Of a DNA stretch of 64,000 nt, positions 1-11,143 are shown one piece after another. Position numbers and translations under genes: made by a program. Source of the DNA: an uncultured Planctomycetaceae bacterium (GTDB lineage Bacteria; Planctomycetota; Planctomycetia; Pirellulales; PALSA-1355); NCBI GenBank assembly GCA_963785305.1, contig CAWAUV010000009.1, positions 1 to 64,000 of the forward strand, read 5' to 3'. Below the pieces are notes generated by a model. It was not told the origin of the DNA. It searched no databases and saw only the letters and a list, made by a program, of their open reading frames with translations. The first letter of the stretch is position 1; every line of letters starts with the position of its first letter.

Positions 1-3000
1 GTCACGATCCAGGGCGGCGGCGCCTTGGATATGCGAGATGCCGCTTTGACCACGTTCAATGTCACCAACTCGGCCGCCACGAACACCGCGATGACCATCG
101 GCTCGGCGACCGGCGGCGCCGCGAACTTGTATTTCGACATCGGCGGTTTGGCGACTCAGAACGATACGATCAACGTCACGGGTAAAGTCGCGGTGGGCGC
201 CACCGGCGGCGCGATCAATATCAACCCACTGTCGAGCGACACCAGTCTCACGCCGGGCAACTATACGCTGATCACCGGTTCGACCGGCAGCTCGCTCGGC
301 TCGGCGTCGTTGACCCTGGCCACCACGCTCCTGCCCGTGGGCAACACCGTCTACACGGCCAGCTTGACTCCCTCGACGAGCACTTCCGAGATCTTGAACA
401 TCGGCGCGCCGACCTATCCCAACGCGGCCTATTACACGGGCGCTCAGACCACGGCGAGCTGGATCGCCACGAACGGCCAGATGAATAGCAGCCTCACAAC
501 GAATTGGTCGACCAGCCCGACCGGCGCTCCCGACGCGCAGCAATTCCCGGCGCGAACACCGACGTGTTCATGACCGCCAACAGTGTCACGAATCCCGCCA
601 GCGGTCCTTACACCACGACCCTGGGAGCGGCCTTCACGGTGAACAGTGTCACGTTCACGGGAACACTCACGGCGAACACCGCCGGAACCACGATCACGGC
701 CGCGCCGAGCAGCAACAACACGCTGACGATCATGGCCGCCAACAATGCCGCGGGCGCCAACTATGCCGCGGGAACCGGCATCATGGTTCTCGCGGGCTCC
801 GGCCCCGACGCGATCAGCGCCAACGTCGTCCTCGGCGCTTCGCAGACCTGGACCAATAACAGCTCCAGCGCGTTGACCGTCAGCGGCGTCATTTCCGATG
901 GCGGCGCCAATTACGCGCTCGCCACCGCGGGCAGCGGCGTGTTTGCCCTGACAGGCGTCAACACCTTCGGCGGCGGCGCGACCATCGGCGGCACGAGCAC
1001 GGTGCAAATCAACAACGCCCAAAGCCTTGGCGCCGTTTCGGCCGCGGCCACGCTCGCTGGCGGCACGCTCGAAGCGACCGCGTCGATCGCGAGCAGTCGC
1101 GCGTTCAACATCAACGGCGCCGGCACGATTCAAGTCGATCCGACCTATACCTATTCGATCAGCGGCGTCGTCGCCGACGGGTCCAGTTCCGGCGCGCTCA
1201 CCAAGACCGGCGCCGGCACGCTCAACCTCGGATCGAGCTCCAACAGCTACACCGGCGGCACGACGATCTCGGCGGGCACGGTGCAGTTGGGGGCTTCGAC
1301 CAGTGGCTCGACCGGCCCGCTGGGCGCCGTGACCAATTCGTTGGCGGTCGGCGCGTCGGGCACTCTCGATCTCAATGCGAATACTCTCACGGTCGGCACG
1401 CTCACCGGCGCCGGCACGGTCGGCAACAGCGCCACGACCGCCGGCGGCATCACGGTTAGCGGGACAAGTTCGTTCGGCGGCACGATCGTCGATACGCTTG
1501 GCGCGGGCTCGTCGACCACGGCGCTGACCGTGAATGGCGCCGGGACCAATGTCTTCACGCTTACCGGCGCAAACACCTACACCGGCGGCACCACGATCAC
1601 AACTGGCACGCTGGCCCTCGCCTCCGGCGCCTCGCTGGGCGGAACCGCCGTGAGCGTCGGCGCGAGCGGCGTCCTGCAACTGGTCGGCGCCGCCTCCGGA
1701 TCGAGCAGCGTCACGATCGGCTCCGGTTCGGCGGGCTCGGTCTCCTTGAGCGGCGCGCTGAGCTTCAACGACACCGCGAGTTCAAACGCCATCGCCACGA
1801 CGCTCAATATCAATTCCGGCGCTACCAACACCGGACTCACATTGAACGCCAGCACGCTGAACTTCAACGCCACCTCGCCCACCAAGCTCGACGAGATCAT
1901 CGATCAAGGCAAGCTGGCTCTCAATGGCACGGTGACCGTGAATCTGCCCGGCGCGACGCTTTCGAGCACGCCCGGCACGTATCCGCTGATCACGTACGCC
2001 AGCGTCTCCGGTAGCGGGGCCTTCCAATTCAGCGATCACTCCAGCAGCGAGATAATTGGCACGACGACCTACACCCTCGTCGCCAACGCCAATGGTAAGG
2101 AAGAAGACGTGGTGGTGACACAGTCCTCGGCCTCCACGCCCGTGGCCGCTTACTGGGGCGGCGCCCAGGGCGATGGGATTTGGAACACCCTGATCGGCAC
2201 GAGCACTAATTGGCTCACCGCCGCGACGGGCGGAACGGATACGCAAGCCGTTCCCGGCTCGGTGACCGACGTGTTCGAGACCGCCAACAGCGCGACGAGT
2301 CTCGTGCAGACGCTTGGCGCCAATTTCACCATCAACAGCCTGACGTTTACTGGAACCGGAACGGCCAACGCCGCCGGTGTCACGATCACAGGCGGCGCTT
2401 ATGGCCTGACCATCAACGCGGCCGCCAGCCAGATTGGCGGGGCCGGTTACTCGGCTGGAACGGGCATCGTGGTGCAAACCGGCGCCGGCGCCGACACGAT
2501 CAACGCCGCCATCACCCTGGGCGGAGCGCAAAGCTGGGCCAACAACAGCGCCAGCCTGCTGACCATCGGGGGCACGGTCAACACCAACGGCAATCTGCTC
2601 ACGATCGCGGGCTCGGGCTCGGGCGGCGCGACCTTTAGCAATGCAATCGGTGGCTCGGGCGGCCTGACCATGAACGCGTCCGGCGCCACGTTGACGCTCA
2701 CCGGAGCCAACACCTACACCGGCGCCACGACGGTCTCCTCGGGCGCCTTGGCCCTGTCCGCGGGCGGTTCGCTTGCTGGCACGGCCGTGACGGTGGCGAC
2801 TGGCGCCACGCTGGAAATCAACGGCGCCGCGACCGGCCCGAGCACCTACGCGATCGGCTCCGGCTCGGCCGGCAGCGTGGCGCTTGGCGGCGCGCTGACA
2901 TTCAACGATCAAGCCAATATCGCCACGACTCTGAACATCAATTCCGGCGCGGCCAACACCGGCTTGACTCTCAATGCAAGCACGCTCAACGTCAACACCA

Positions 3001-5438
3001 CCTCCGTCACATCGATCGACAAAATCGCGGATCAAGGCGCCGCCGTGCTGAATGGCACGGTGAGCGTCAACCTCTCGAATGCGTTTACGCTCAATCTTGG
3101 AACGTATCCGCTTGTTACTTTCGCCAGCGAGACGGGCGCCGGTTCCTATCAGTTCGCCTCGACCCATGCCACGACCGAGGTGGTCGGCTCGATGCTCTAT
3201 ACATTGACAACGACCGGGACCGCGGAGAACATCGTCGTTACGTCGAACGCCAGCACGCCCGCGTCGGCCTATTGGACCGGTCTGCAAGGCTCGACTTGGA
3301 ATACCGTGACCGGCTCCGCGGGCACCAACTGGGCGGCCGTGATCGCGGGCACGCCCGACGCCAACGCGGTTCCCGGCGCGACGAGCAATGTCTACTTCGC
3401 CGCCAACAACGCCGCGACCGCGAACTTCTCGAACACCACGCTCGGCGCCGCGATGAGCATCAACAGTCTCACGGTGCTCGGAACCGGCCCGGCCGCCGGA
3501 GCCGCGGTGGGTATCAATGGGTCGAACGCCCTGACAATCGAAGCCACCAACGCCAACGGCAATACGGCGGGAACCGGCATCACGGTGAATTCCGGCGCCG
3601 GGGCTGTCTCGATTGGCGCCCCGGTCGTTTTGGGTGGCAGCCAAACCTGGACCAACAACGCCAGCAACCAACTCACCGTCTCGGGCGGGGTGACCGGCTC
3701 GGGCTTCAACCTCACCGTGGGCGGTTCGGGCGCGACGGTGATCGATGGTCTGGCCACCGGCGCCGGCGCTCTGACCGTAAGCGGCGGCGCTCTCACGCTT
3801 GGCGGCGTCAACAGCTACTCGGGCGCCACGAACATCACCGCCGGCTCGCTCCTGGTCGGCGCATCGGGCTCGCTCACCGGCAGCGCGACGATCGGCGTGA
3901 GCAGCGGAGCGTCGTTCGCGCTGGCCAGCGGCGGCTCGATTTTGACCTCGACAGCGCTCACCGATAACGGTTCGGTCACGTTGAACTCCGCGACGACCAT
4001 TGCCTCGCTCAACGGTTCGACCGGGGCCGCCACGCTCACCTTGAATTCATCGAACCTTACCGTTTCCAACGGAGGCTCCTTCACCGGCACGATCGCGGAC
4101 GGCTCGGGCGCCGGGAGTCTGACCGTGAGCGGAGGCACACTCGCGCTCAGCGGCGCGAACACCTATTCCGGCGGCACGGCGCTCGCCTCGGGCGCCACGC
4201 TCGACATCAACAGCGCCACCGCCCTGGGGACCGGCGCCTTTACCATCAACGGCGGCACGATCGACAACACCTCGAGTGGCGCCGTGAGCATGACCGCCAA
4301 CAACCCGCTTAGCTGGCTCGGCAGCTTCACGTTCACCGGCTCCAACGCGTTGAACTTCGGAACCGGAGCCGTGACCGTGGCGGGCGCCGGAGTGACCGTT
4401 ACCGTGAGCCACAGCACGTTGACCGTGGGAGGCTCGATCTCGGGCGGCCCGATCGCCACCGCCGGCGCCGGCGTCCTCGCGCTCTCTGGCGCCAACTCGT
4501 ATACCGGCGGAACCACGGTCGGCGCCGGCTCGACGCTTGAACTTATCGGTTCTGGCACGCTGGGCTCGGGCACGGTCGCGCTCGCCTCCTCGTCCTCGAC
4601 GCTCAATCTATTCACGAGCAGCAACCTGACGATCGCGAATTTGATCACCGGCGCCGGCAACCTGATCCAAAACGGCTCGGGAACAACCTCCCTCACCGCC
4701 GCCAATACCTACAGCGGCTCGACGACGGTCAACGCCGGAACCCTGCTGATCAACGGCGCCTATGCCAACTCCGGCTCGACTCCGGGCACGTTCGTGGTCA
4801 ACAGCGGCGGCACGCTAGGCGGCGCCGGTTCGATCCAAATCGTGTCACTTCAAGCCGGCTCGAGCGCGATCAACGTCGCCAGCGGCGGCGTGTTCATGCC
4901 GGGATATAACCCAGCCAATGGCGCCTTCAACTCCACGTCCAACGCCACGCTATCGGTCAATGTTCCCTCGTCGACCAGCGTTGCGGTCGACATGCACGCC
5001 GGATCGAGTTTCAATGTCACGCTGAACAACGCCATGGGCTCGACTTCGCCGCTCGGGGCCTATGGTCTTCCGACCGGCACATACTATCCGTATCTCAGCG
5101 TGGCGCAGGGCGTCGTGGAATTGAATAACGGCTCCTTCCTCCCGGGCGCGACGCTGAACCTGTCGGTGGCCGCGGGCCAGACATTGTCGGCCGGCGAATC
5201 GTTCGTGCTGATCGATCCGACTTCGACGACGGGCACGTTCACGCTCGGCCAGAGCACCGTGGGCGGGTTTGCATACACGGTCAATTACACCGCCGGGCCC
5301 AGCGGCGCCGACGTGGTCATCACGCTCGTGCCCGAGCCGAGCAGCTTGGCCCTGGGCTTGCTAGCCGGCGCCGGGGCGCTCTGGGTCATCGCCCGCCGCC
5401 GCAAACGGATCGAAAGCGGATCATCGCGGTTGGCATAG
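1..5438 (+). CDS. Large PEP-CTERM-anchored surface protein with autotransporter-associated beta-strand repeats (5' partial; one frameshift near 540)
   Basis: Frame 1 is open from base 1 (VTIQGGGALDMRD...) and joins ORF 504..5438 at DAQ/AIPGANTDVF. Many LTLTGANTYTGGTT-type repeats; G/T/S/A/N-rich; C-terminus VPEPSSLALGLLAGAGALWVIARRRKR (PEP-CTERM, TM segment, basic tail). Confidence 0.9.
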
Positions 5439-5442
5439 CAGC

Positions 5443-5461
5443 CTGTTGAAATATTCAACAG
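5443..5461. repeat. Dispersed palindrome, copy 1 (CTGTTGAA-ATA-TTCAACAG)
   Basis: Perfect 8-bp inverted repeat 4 nt after the stop codon; same core at 12428 and 55276. Confidence 0.8.
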
Positions 5462-5647
5462 ATCGATAAGCAGAGCGACTCGCCACATTACCGGCCCGTT
5501 CGGCCGCCCTCAAGCGACTCTCTTCGCGGAAGACGGTAGCGAGCGGACTACGCGGAGCTCCGCGTGTCACGGAGGGCGCTAGAACCAGCCACTCGTCCGC
5601 CGCCATACCCCCGCCCAGGGAGATCGAGGGGCGCCCGAGCCCGGTTC

Positions 5648-7231
5648 TCACGCTGGCGATTTGCTCAATGTCACCGCGCGTTCGATGCGCTCCAGGCAAG
5701 CCGCTTGACCCAGAATCGCGAGGCAATCGTAGAGCCCCGCCCCGACGCTTCGGCCCGTAACCGCCACGCGCGTGGCATGCACGATATCGCCGGGCTTGAT
5801 CTGTTCATCGGCCACGAAGGCATGCAAGGCCGCCTCGAGCTCGGCGGGTTCGAAGGGTTGGACCTTGGCCAGCCGCTCTCCGAATCGCGCGAGGCGCTCC
5901 GCGGCGCCGGGCTTGCGAAGCTGCTTGTCGAAGGCGTCGGGGTCGAAGGCGACTTCAGCCCGGAAAAAGAAATCGGCATACGCCAGAATATCGCCAAACA
6001 CTTTGAGCCGATCGCCCGCGGCCTCGACGATGCGCGTCAGTTTTTCGCCCACTTCGCAAGGCGGCGGCGACGCCACGAGTCCGGCCCGTTGCAAGTATCC
6101 GAGCATCGCGGCGACCTTTTGCTTCACCGGCAGCGCCTGCAAGTAGTGATCTTGAAAAGCCCAAAGCTTTTTCGGATCGAAGCTGGCCGGGGCCTTGGTC
6201 ACGCGCTCGAGCGAAAAGTTGGCGATCATTTCCTCCCGCGAGAGAAATTCGGTTTTGTCGTCGAGCGACCAGCCGAGCAGCAGCAGATAATTGAGCACCG
6301 CCTGGGGCAGATAGCCGACTTCTTCATAGAAATCGACAATCACCGGATTGAAGGTCTCGGCGCTGGTCGCGAGCCCGAGCGCCTGGGCAATGGCGAGGCC
6401 ATGGGAATTCACGAGGGCGAAGTCGCGATTCTTGAGATATTTTTCGAGCTTCCGCTTGCTGAGCTTGGTCTTGCTGCCGGGCTCGGCCACATAGGGCAGG
6501 TGCGCATATTCCGGCAGCTTGTAACCGAGCGACTGGGCAATGAATATCTGCCGAGGCGTGTTCGACAAATGCTCCTCGGCGCGAATCACATGGCTGATCT
6601 CGAGGTCGTGGTCGTCGACCACGCTCGCCAAGTGATAGAGGCAGGTGCCATCGGCCCGCTGAATCACGTGATCTTGCTCGCGGGCCCATTCGAATTCCAC
6701 ATCCCCGCGCACTAGGTCGTGGAACCTGAGCGTGCCCTCGCGCGGCATCTTGAGCCGCACCACGGACTGGCGACCCTCGGCTTCGAAGCGGGCCACGTCG
6801 GTCGGCGACTCGGCCATATAGCGGCGGCTGTACAGGAACGGGCGTTTTTCGGCCTGGGCCGCCTCGCGCTCGGCTTGAACTTCCTCGGCCGTGGCGAAGT
6901 CACGGTAGGCGTGGCCCGAGGCCAGCAAGCGAGCCGCCGCGGCCTGATAATTCGGCAGACGTTGCGATTGGTAGTAGGGCGCATGCGGACCTCCGACCTC
7001 GGGTCCTTCGTCCCAGTCGATGCCCAGCCAGCGGAAACCGTGCAAAATCGGCGCGAGGGCGGCGTCGACATTCCGCTCGGCGTCGGTGTCATCGATGCGG
7101 AGGATGAACTGTCCGCCGTGGCGCCGGGCAAACAACCAACAAAAAAGCGCCGTTCGCACGCCACCGATATGCAAATAACCGGTCGGGCTGGGAGCAAAAC
7201 GCGTACGCACGGGAACTTGCGGCTCGGTCAA
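5648..7231 (-). CDS. gltX: Glutamate--tRNA ligase
   Basis: RTRFAPSPTGYLHIGG (HIGH motif), LRIDDTD, IRAEEHLSNT, KLSKR (KMSKS motif). Confidence 0.97.
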   Translation of the reverse strand: MTEPQVPVRTRFAPSPTGYLHIGGVRTALFCWLFARRHGGQFILRIDDTDAERNVDAALAPILHGFRWLGIDWDEGPEVGGPHAPYYQSQRLPNYQAAAARLLASGHAYRDFATAEEVQAEREAAQAEKRPFLYSRRYMAESPTDVARFEAEGRQSVVRLKMPREGTLRFHDLVRGDVEFEWAREQDHVIQRADGTCLYHLASVVDDHDLEISHVIRAEEHLSNTPRQIFIAQSLGYKLPEYAHLPYVAEPGSKTKLSKRKLEKYLKNRDFALVNSHGLAIAQALGLATSAETFNPVIVDFYEEVGYLPQAVLNYLLLLGWSLDDKTEFLSREEMIANFSLERVTKAPASFDPKKLWAFQDHYLQALPVKQKVAAMLGYLQRAGLVASPPPCEVGEKLTRIVEAAGDRLKVFGDILAYADFFFRAEVAFDPDAFDKQLRKPGAAERLARFGERLAKVQPFEPAELEAALHAFVADEQIKPGDIVHATRVAVTGRSVGAGLYDCLAILGQAACLERIERAVTLSKSPA

Positions 7232-7379
7232 TGTTCGAATCCTTGTGCTCGAGGGCGATTAGCGGCCCAACGTGGCGCCGCGTCTCAAGGGGCGCGGCTG
7301 TTGTTCGATCGGCAATGTACCCTCGCGGCCGTCGCGGGCCAATCGCCCTCCGCGGGAAAGGATCGTGGCGACGTGATTT

Positions 7380-8238
7380 TCACGTCAATTGCGTCACGAC
7401 GCCTTCGAGAAACTTGGCGAGGCGGTCGGAGGCCAGGATCGCATTTTCGCGCAGTTTCCACATATCCTTGATGCTTGCCGGCCGGCGAACGATCGCCCCG
7501 CTGGCGGCGCCCAAGCGGCCCAGCATCGTTTTTTGGCGCAAGATGATCGATATCGCGGGGCAGTCGCTCATCGACCGTGTCGCTAATCACGCGCACCGAA
7601 AGAAAGCGAATCCGCTCGCGGCGGCAGACTTCCGCCACCGCGAAGGTTTCCAGATCGACCGCCACCGCCCCGGTCGACTCGCCGAGCGACGCTTTTCCGC
7701 CGGATCGCTCACCACGCGGTCGACCGTGAGCAGCGGGCCGACATGCAGATTGGGACTTGCCGCCAAGGCCGCGGGCGAAACTTCGAATTCGATCGCGAGC
7801 GAGTGGCCCGCGAGATCTCGCACCCGCGAGGCCATGAGCATGTCGCCGAAGCGGAGCTTCGGTTGCAAGCCGCCGGCGAACCCCGCCGACACGATCCAGG
7901 GCGGCCGATGCCCCTCGATGAGCCGCAGGGCGACTTCGCTCCGCGGCTGCGGCGCCGATGCCGCCCTCGATCAGGATCAACCGCCGCCCGGCCAAGCCGC
8001 CCTCGCGGGCGATGAAGCCGGGCCCATCGTGTCGCAGTGGACCTTGTAAGCGATCGACCAGTCCTCCGGCTTCGATTCCAAGGGCAAACACGAAGCCCAC
8101 ATGGCAGGGAGCCCTGTCCGCGGGGCGATCGCGCGGCGAGGCGTCTGGTTTCGCGGCGGAAGAGCGGGCGGAGGCTTGCGAGTGGGCGTAGTTGGTTGCG
8201 GCTCGCAACAAATAGTTCTTGAGTAACGATTGCCACAT
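7380..8238 (-). CDS. Nucleoside phosphorylase / MTA-SAH nucleosidase family protein (several frameshifts)
   Basis: Motifs spread over different frames: FVFALGIEAGG, SAGFAGGL, AVDLETFAVAEVC, RVISD; C-terminus ...LASDRLAKFLEGVVTQLT ends at 7380. Confidence 0.7.
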
Positions 8239-8366
8239 GGCTCGAACCGCGGGAATGCAGCGCTTCTGGGCGACGGCGCATCCGTCAAAAGCCGGACATA
8301 TCGTACAGTAGCAGCGAGCGGACGTGAAATAGCCGCTGAGATAATTGAAAAAACGGCTTGCAGGTC

Positions 8367-8381
8367 TGGCGAATCCTTTGC
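8367..8381 (+). promoter_or_regulatory. Candidate sigma-54 (-24/-12) promoter upstream of the TPR gene
   Basis: TGGCGAATCCTTTGC has the GG-N10-GC spacing and lies in an AT-richer intergenic region; match to consensus only. Confidence 0.35.
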
Positions 8382-8753
8382 GGGACAACTAAACTGAAGC
8401 GATCAGCTAAATCTCGCTGCAAGCACTTCCCAAGAAGAATCTCCGTTCGAGAATCGCAGCTTGAGTGTCCGAGCTTTCGAGGAGCCGACTTCGCGAATCG
8501 TTGTTGAAATCGAGTTGCCCGCTTCCTGAAACTCGTCCCCCAAAAGCGCATTTACCGACGTGGAACCGCCTCGGGCGACCGAATCGTCAACTGTAAGCCT
8601 GTTGGCGGACGACTCGTCGCGAGCGGTTCGTCGAGGCGTCACGACACGATCGACATAACGATGGATTCTTCAAAATCGAACCGCGCGATTCGATCGCGTA
8701 TTTTCGTAATTTCCCGGCCCCCCATTCAACCCAGTATTTTTGAGGTTTTCCGC

Positions 8754-10298
8754 ATGCCATCAGCCATTCCAGGGATCGAGTGTTGGAAGCGTGTTTCCGC
8801 CGCTCTTCGAGGTCGTTCCGCCGCGGCTCTCGTTGCCATGTCGTTTGTTGGCGCTTCGGCCGGCGTGGCTCAAGCCCAGCTTACGGTCGAGGCGTTGACG
8901 TCCTCGGCGGTCGGCGATAGCTCGACCGCTCCGTTTTACGACGATGTGCAGGACGCGATCCGCCGCTTTGAAAAAGGCGATATCGAGGGCGCCCGCAAGC
9001 TCCTCGAGCTCGCGCGTAAGAGCCAGCCGAAGCTTGCGCCGGTGGAAGTGATGATGGCCCAAATGTTGCTCGCCGCCAATCAGCAATCGGCCGCTCGCGC
9101 CGAGCTGGAGCGGGCACTGCGCGACGCTCCGAAAGACCCGGAAGCCTACCTGGTGCTCGGCGAATCGAACATCCGCGAGGGCCGCGTGTCGGAAGCCTCG
9201 ATGATGTACAAGCAGGCCGCGCCGGTGGTGGAGTCGTTCACGGAAAACCCGAAACGGAAAGAAGGCTTTCTTCTTCGCCTTTACAGCGGCGCCGCCTCGG
9301 CCGCCGAAGCTCGCGAGGACTGGGCCGGCGCTCGCGACGAATTGACCAAGCTGATCGCCGCCGAGGAAAAGCATCCGGCGGAAACGAAGGAAGTGGCCGA
9401 TGCCCAACTCGCCGAAGCCCATTTGCGGTTGGCGCGGGCCCTGTTCAAGCTCGACGACGCCGCCGAAACCTATAAGCAGCTTCAGGCCGCCGCGGCCATC
9501 GAGCCCAAGAAGATCGCGCCGGAAGTGGCGATCGCCGGCTTCTACAAGCAGGCCAAAAAGACCGACAAGGCGGACTCCGCGATCGCCAAGGCGATCAAAG
9601 TGGCTCCGGGCAACTTCGCCACCTTGGCCGCGCTCTCGCGCTGGATGTTCGAGGCCAACAAGATTTCGGATGCCGTCAGCTACTGCGACGCGGCCATGAA
9701 ACTCGAGCCGAACAACACCGAAATCATGCTCAGCCGCGCCATTTTGGCTCGCATGCAAAAGGACAACAAGAAGGCCCAGGAGTTGCTCGAGCACATCCAT
9801 ATGGAAACGCCGATCAACGGCTTGGCCAACAATCAATTGGCCCTGGTTCTGGCCGAAAGCAAGGACGAAGCCACGCTCAAGCGAGCCGTGCAGTTTGCCG
9901 AGCTCAATGCGAAGCTGAATCCCAAGAATGCGGAAGCGCTGGCCACCCTGGGTTGGACGCTTTACAAGGCCGGCAACAAGGCTGATGCTCAGCGGGCCTT
10001 GGCGGCCGCGATGCAAGGCGGCCAGCTCCAGCCCGACGCGGCATTCTTCACCGCGGTCATGCTCAATGACATGGATCGCAAGCGCGACGCGCTGAAGTTC
10101 GTCGATGGCGCCCTGCTCTCGGAAGCGCCGTTCGCCTACCACGACGAAGCCGCCGCCCTGCAGACGCGGTTGACCCGCGCTCGCGATCGGGCGCGCCGAG
10201 ACTCCGAAAAAGAGAAGGAGTCGGAAGCGACGGCCCCCGAGACCAAGCCCAGCGAAACTCCGGCTCGCCCGACTTCGACGACGAAGAGCAGCCGATAA
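8754..10298 (+). CDS. Secreted tetratricopeptide-repeat protein
   Basis: Signal-like segment ending AQA; repeated helical TPR-like motifs (EAYLVLGE, AHLRLARAL, EALATLGWTLYKAG); GAGG before ATG 8754 (ORF is open from 8661). Confidence 0.85.
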   Translation: MPSAIPGIECWKRVSAALRGRSAAALVAMSFVGASAGVAQAQLTVEALTSSAVGDSSTAPFYDDVQDAIRRFEKGDIEGARKLLELARKSQPKLAPVEVMMAQMLLAANQQSAARAELERALRDAPKDPEAYLVLGESNIREGRVSEASMMYKQAAPVVESFTENPKRKEGFLLRLYSGAASAAEAREDWAGARDELTKLIAAEEKHPAETKEVADAQLAEAHLRLARALFKLDDAAETYKQLQAAAAIEPKKIAPEVAIAGFYKQAKKTDKADSAIAKAIKVAPGNFATLAALSRWMFEANKISDAVSYCDAAMKLEPNNTEIMLSRAILARMQKDNKKAQELLEHIHMETPINGLANNQLALVLAESKDEATLKRAVQFAELNAKLNPKNAEALATLGWTLYKAGNKADAQRALAAAMQGGQLQPDAAFFTAVMLNDMDRKRDALKFVDGALLSEAPFAYHDEAAALQTRLTRARDRARRDSEKEKESEATAPETKPSETPARPTSTTKSSR

Positions 10299-10359
10299 TT
10301 AGCGAGTTGGGTCGAGCGGCCGCCCCGCCGCCGGTCCAACGAACCGTTGATCTTCACGA

Positions 10360-10402
10360 CCGGCAACCCATCGAGCTTACTCGAAGGGTTGCCGGTTTTT
10401 TT
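10360..10402 (+). terminator. Intrinsic terminator of the TPR gene
   Basis: CCGGCAACCC-ATCGAG-CTTA-CTCGA-AGGGTTGCCGG followed by T7. Confidence 0.85.
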
Positions 10403-10462
10403 GTTTGAAGGAAATCTGCTCCGCGGCTCGGTGAGCAAAACACGCCCCGATTCGCGATCGGC

Positions 10463-10509
10463 AAATAAAAAAGGTCATGGCAAAACGATCCGTCGCTTTG
10501 CCATGACCT
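10463..10509 (-). terminator. Intrinsic terminator on the minus strand with no adjacent annotated gene
   Basis: 13-bp stem AGGTCATGGCAAA/TTTGCCATGACCT preceded on the plus strand by an A-run (U-tract on the minus strand). Confidence 0.75.
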
Positions 10510-11038
10510 CTATCCTGAAGCGAGGCTCACGTGACGCCTCGCCCTCACAAGCTGGGCTTGTAGCAGTTGTTTCGGCGCCGGCGCTTGTCGGACTGGAGCC
10601 GAATATTCGGGATCGCCGGGGATTCTGAAAAGACTTGAGTCCATTCCGCGATCTTGTGTCAAACAATGCGGCGAGGGCGATTTGCAAAAGCAAAGACGGG
10701 CGGACCCCGCGAAGGAATCCGCCCGTCTCTCACTTGACTCCCGGACGCCGATCTCACTCCCCGAAAGACCGTCGCCAGTGAGTGTCGCTTGTCGGCGAAG
10801 AGCGAACCGCCGCCGGCAGTCGCGCGGTGGCGCTCGCTTTCGCGAGATTTGTTCCAGGCGCCCGATGTCCGGCGTTTGCCCGACCCGCGAGGCGTCTTGA
10901 AAAACATGGGTTATAATTGCGAGCTGGGCAAAGTGCTCCCGCCTATTTTTTCTGGGCCACAAGGTTTCTCCGGCCGATGGAACCGGCATTTCCGATATTA
11001 CCGGCGCCCGATGAGGCGCCGACGAAAACTTTCGATAA

Positions 11039-11071
11039 CCCCTCTCCCCTTGGGAGAGGGTAGGGTGAGGG
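11039..11071. repeat. REP-like element CCCTCTCCC-n-GGGAGAGGG-TAGGGTGAGGG
   Basis: Hairpin plus GGGTGAGGG tail typical of a widespread intergenic repeat; lies downstream of the 11144..12048 gene. Confidence 0.65.
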
Positions 11072-11143
11072 CGGTCCGTTCCTGACTCCGGGGCGCCGGG
11101 GCGAAGGTCCGAACTCGCGCGGTCGCATTAGCATGAGCGGTTC

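Noticed and set aside
11001..11030. Hammerhead-like CCGATGAG...CGAAA
   Set aside because: The core deviates from CUGAnGA and stems I-III cannot be built. It is better explained as a simple CGGCGCC/GGCGCCG hairpin.
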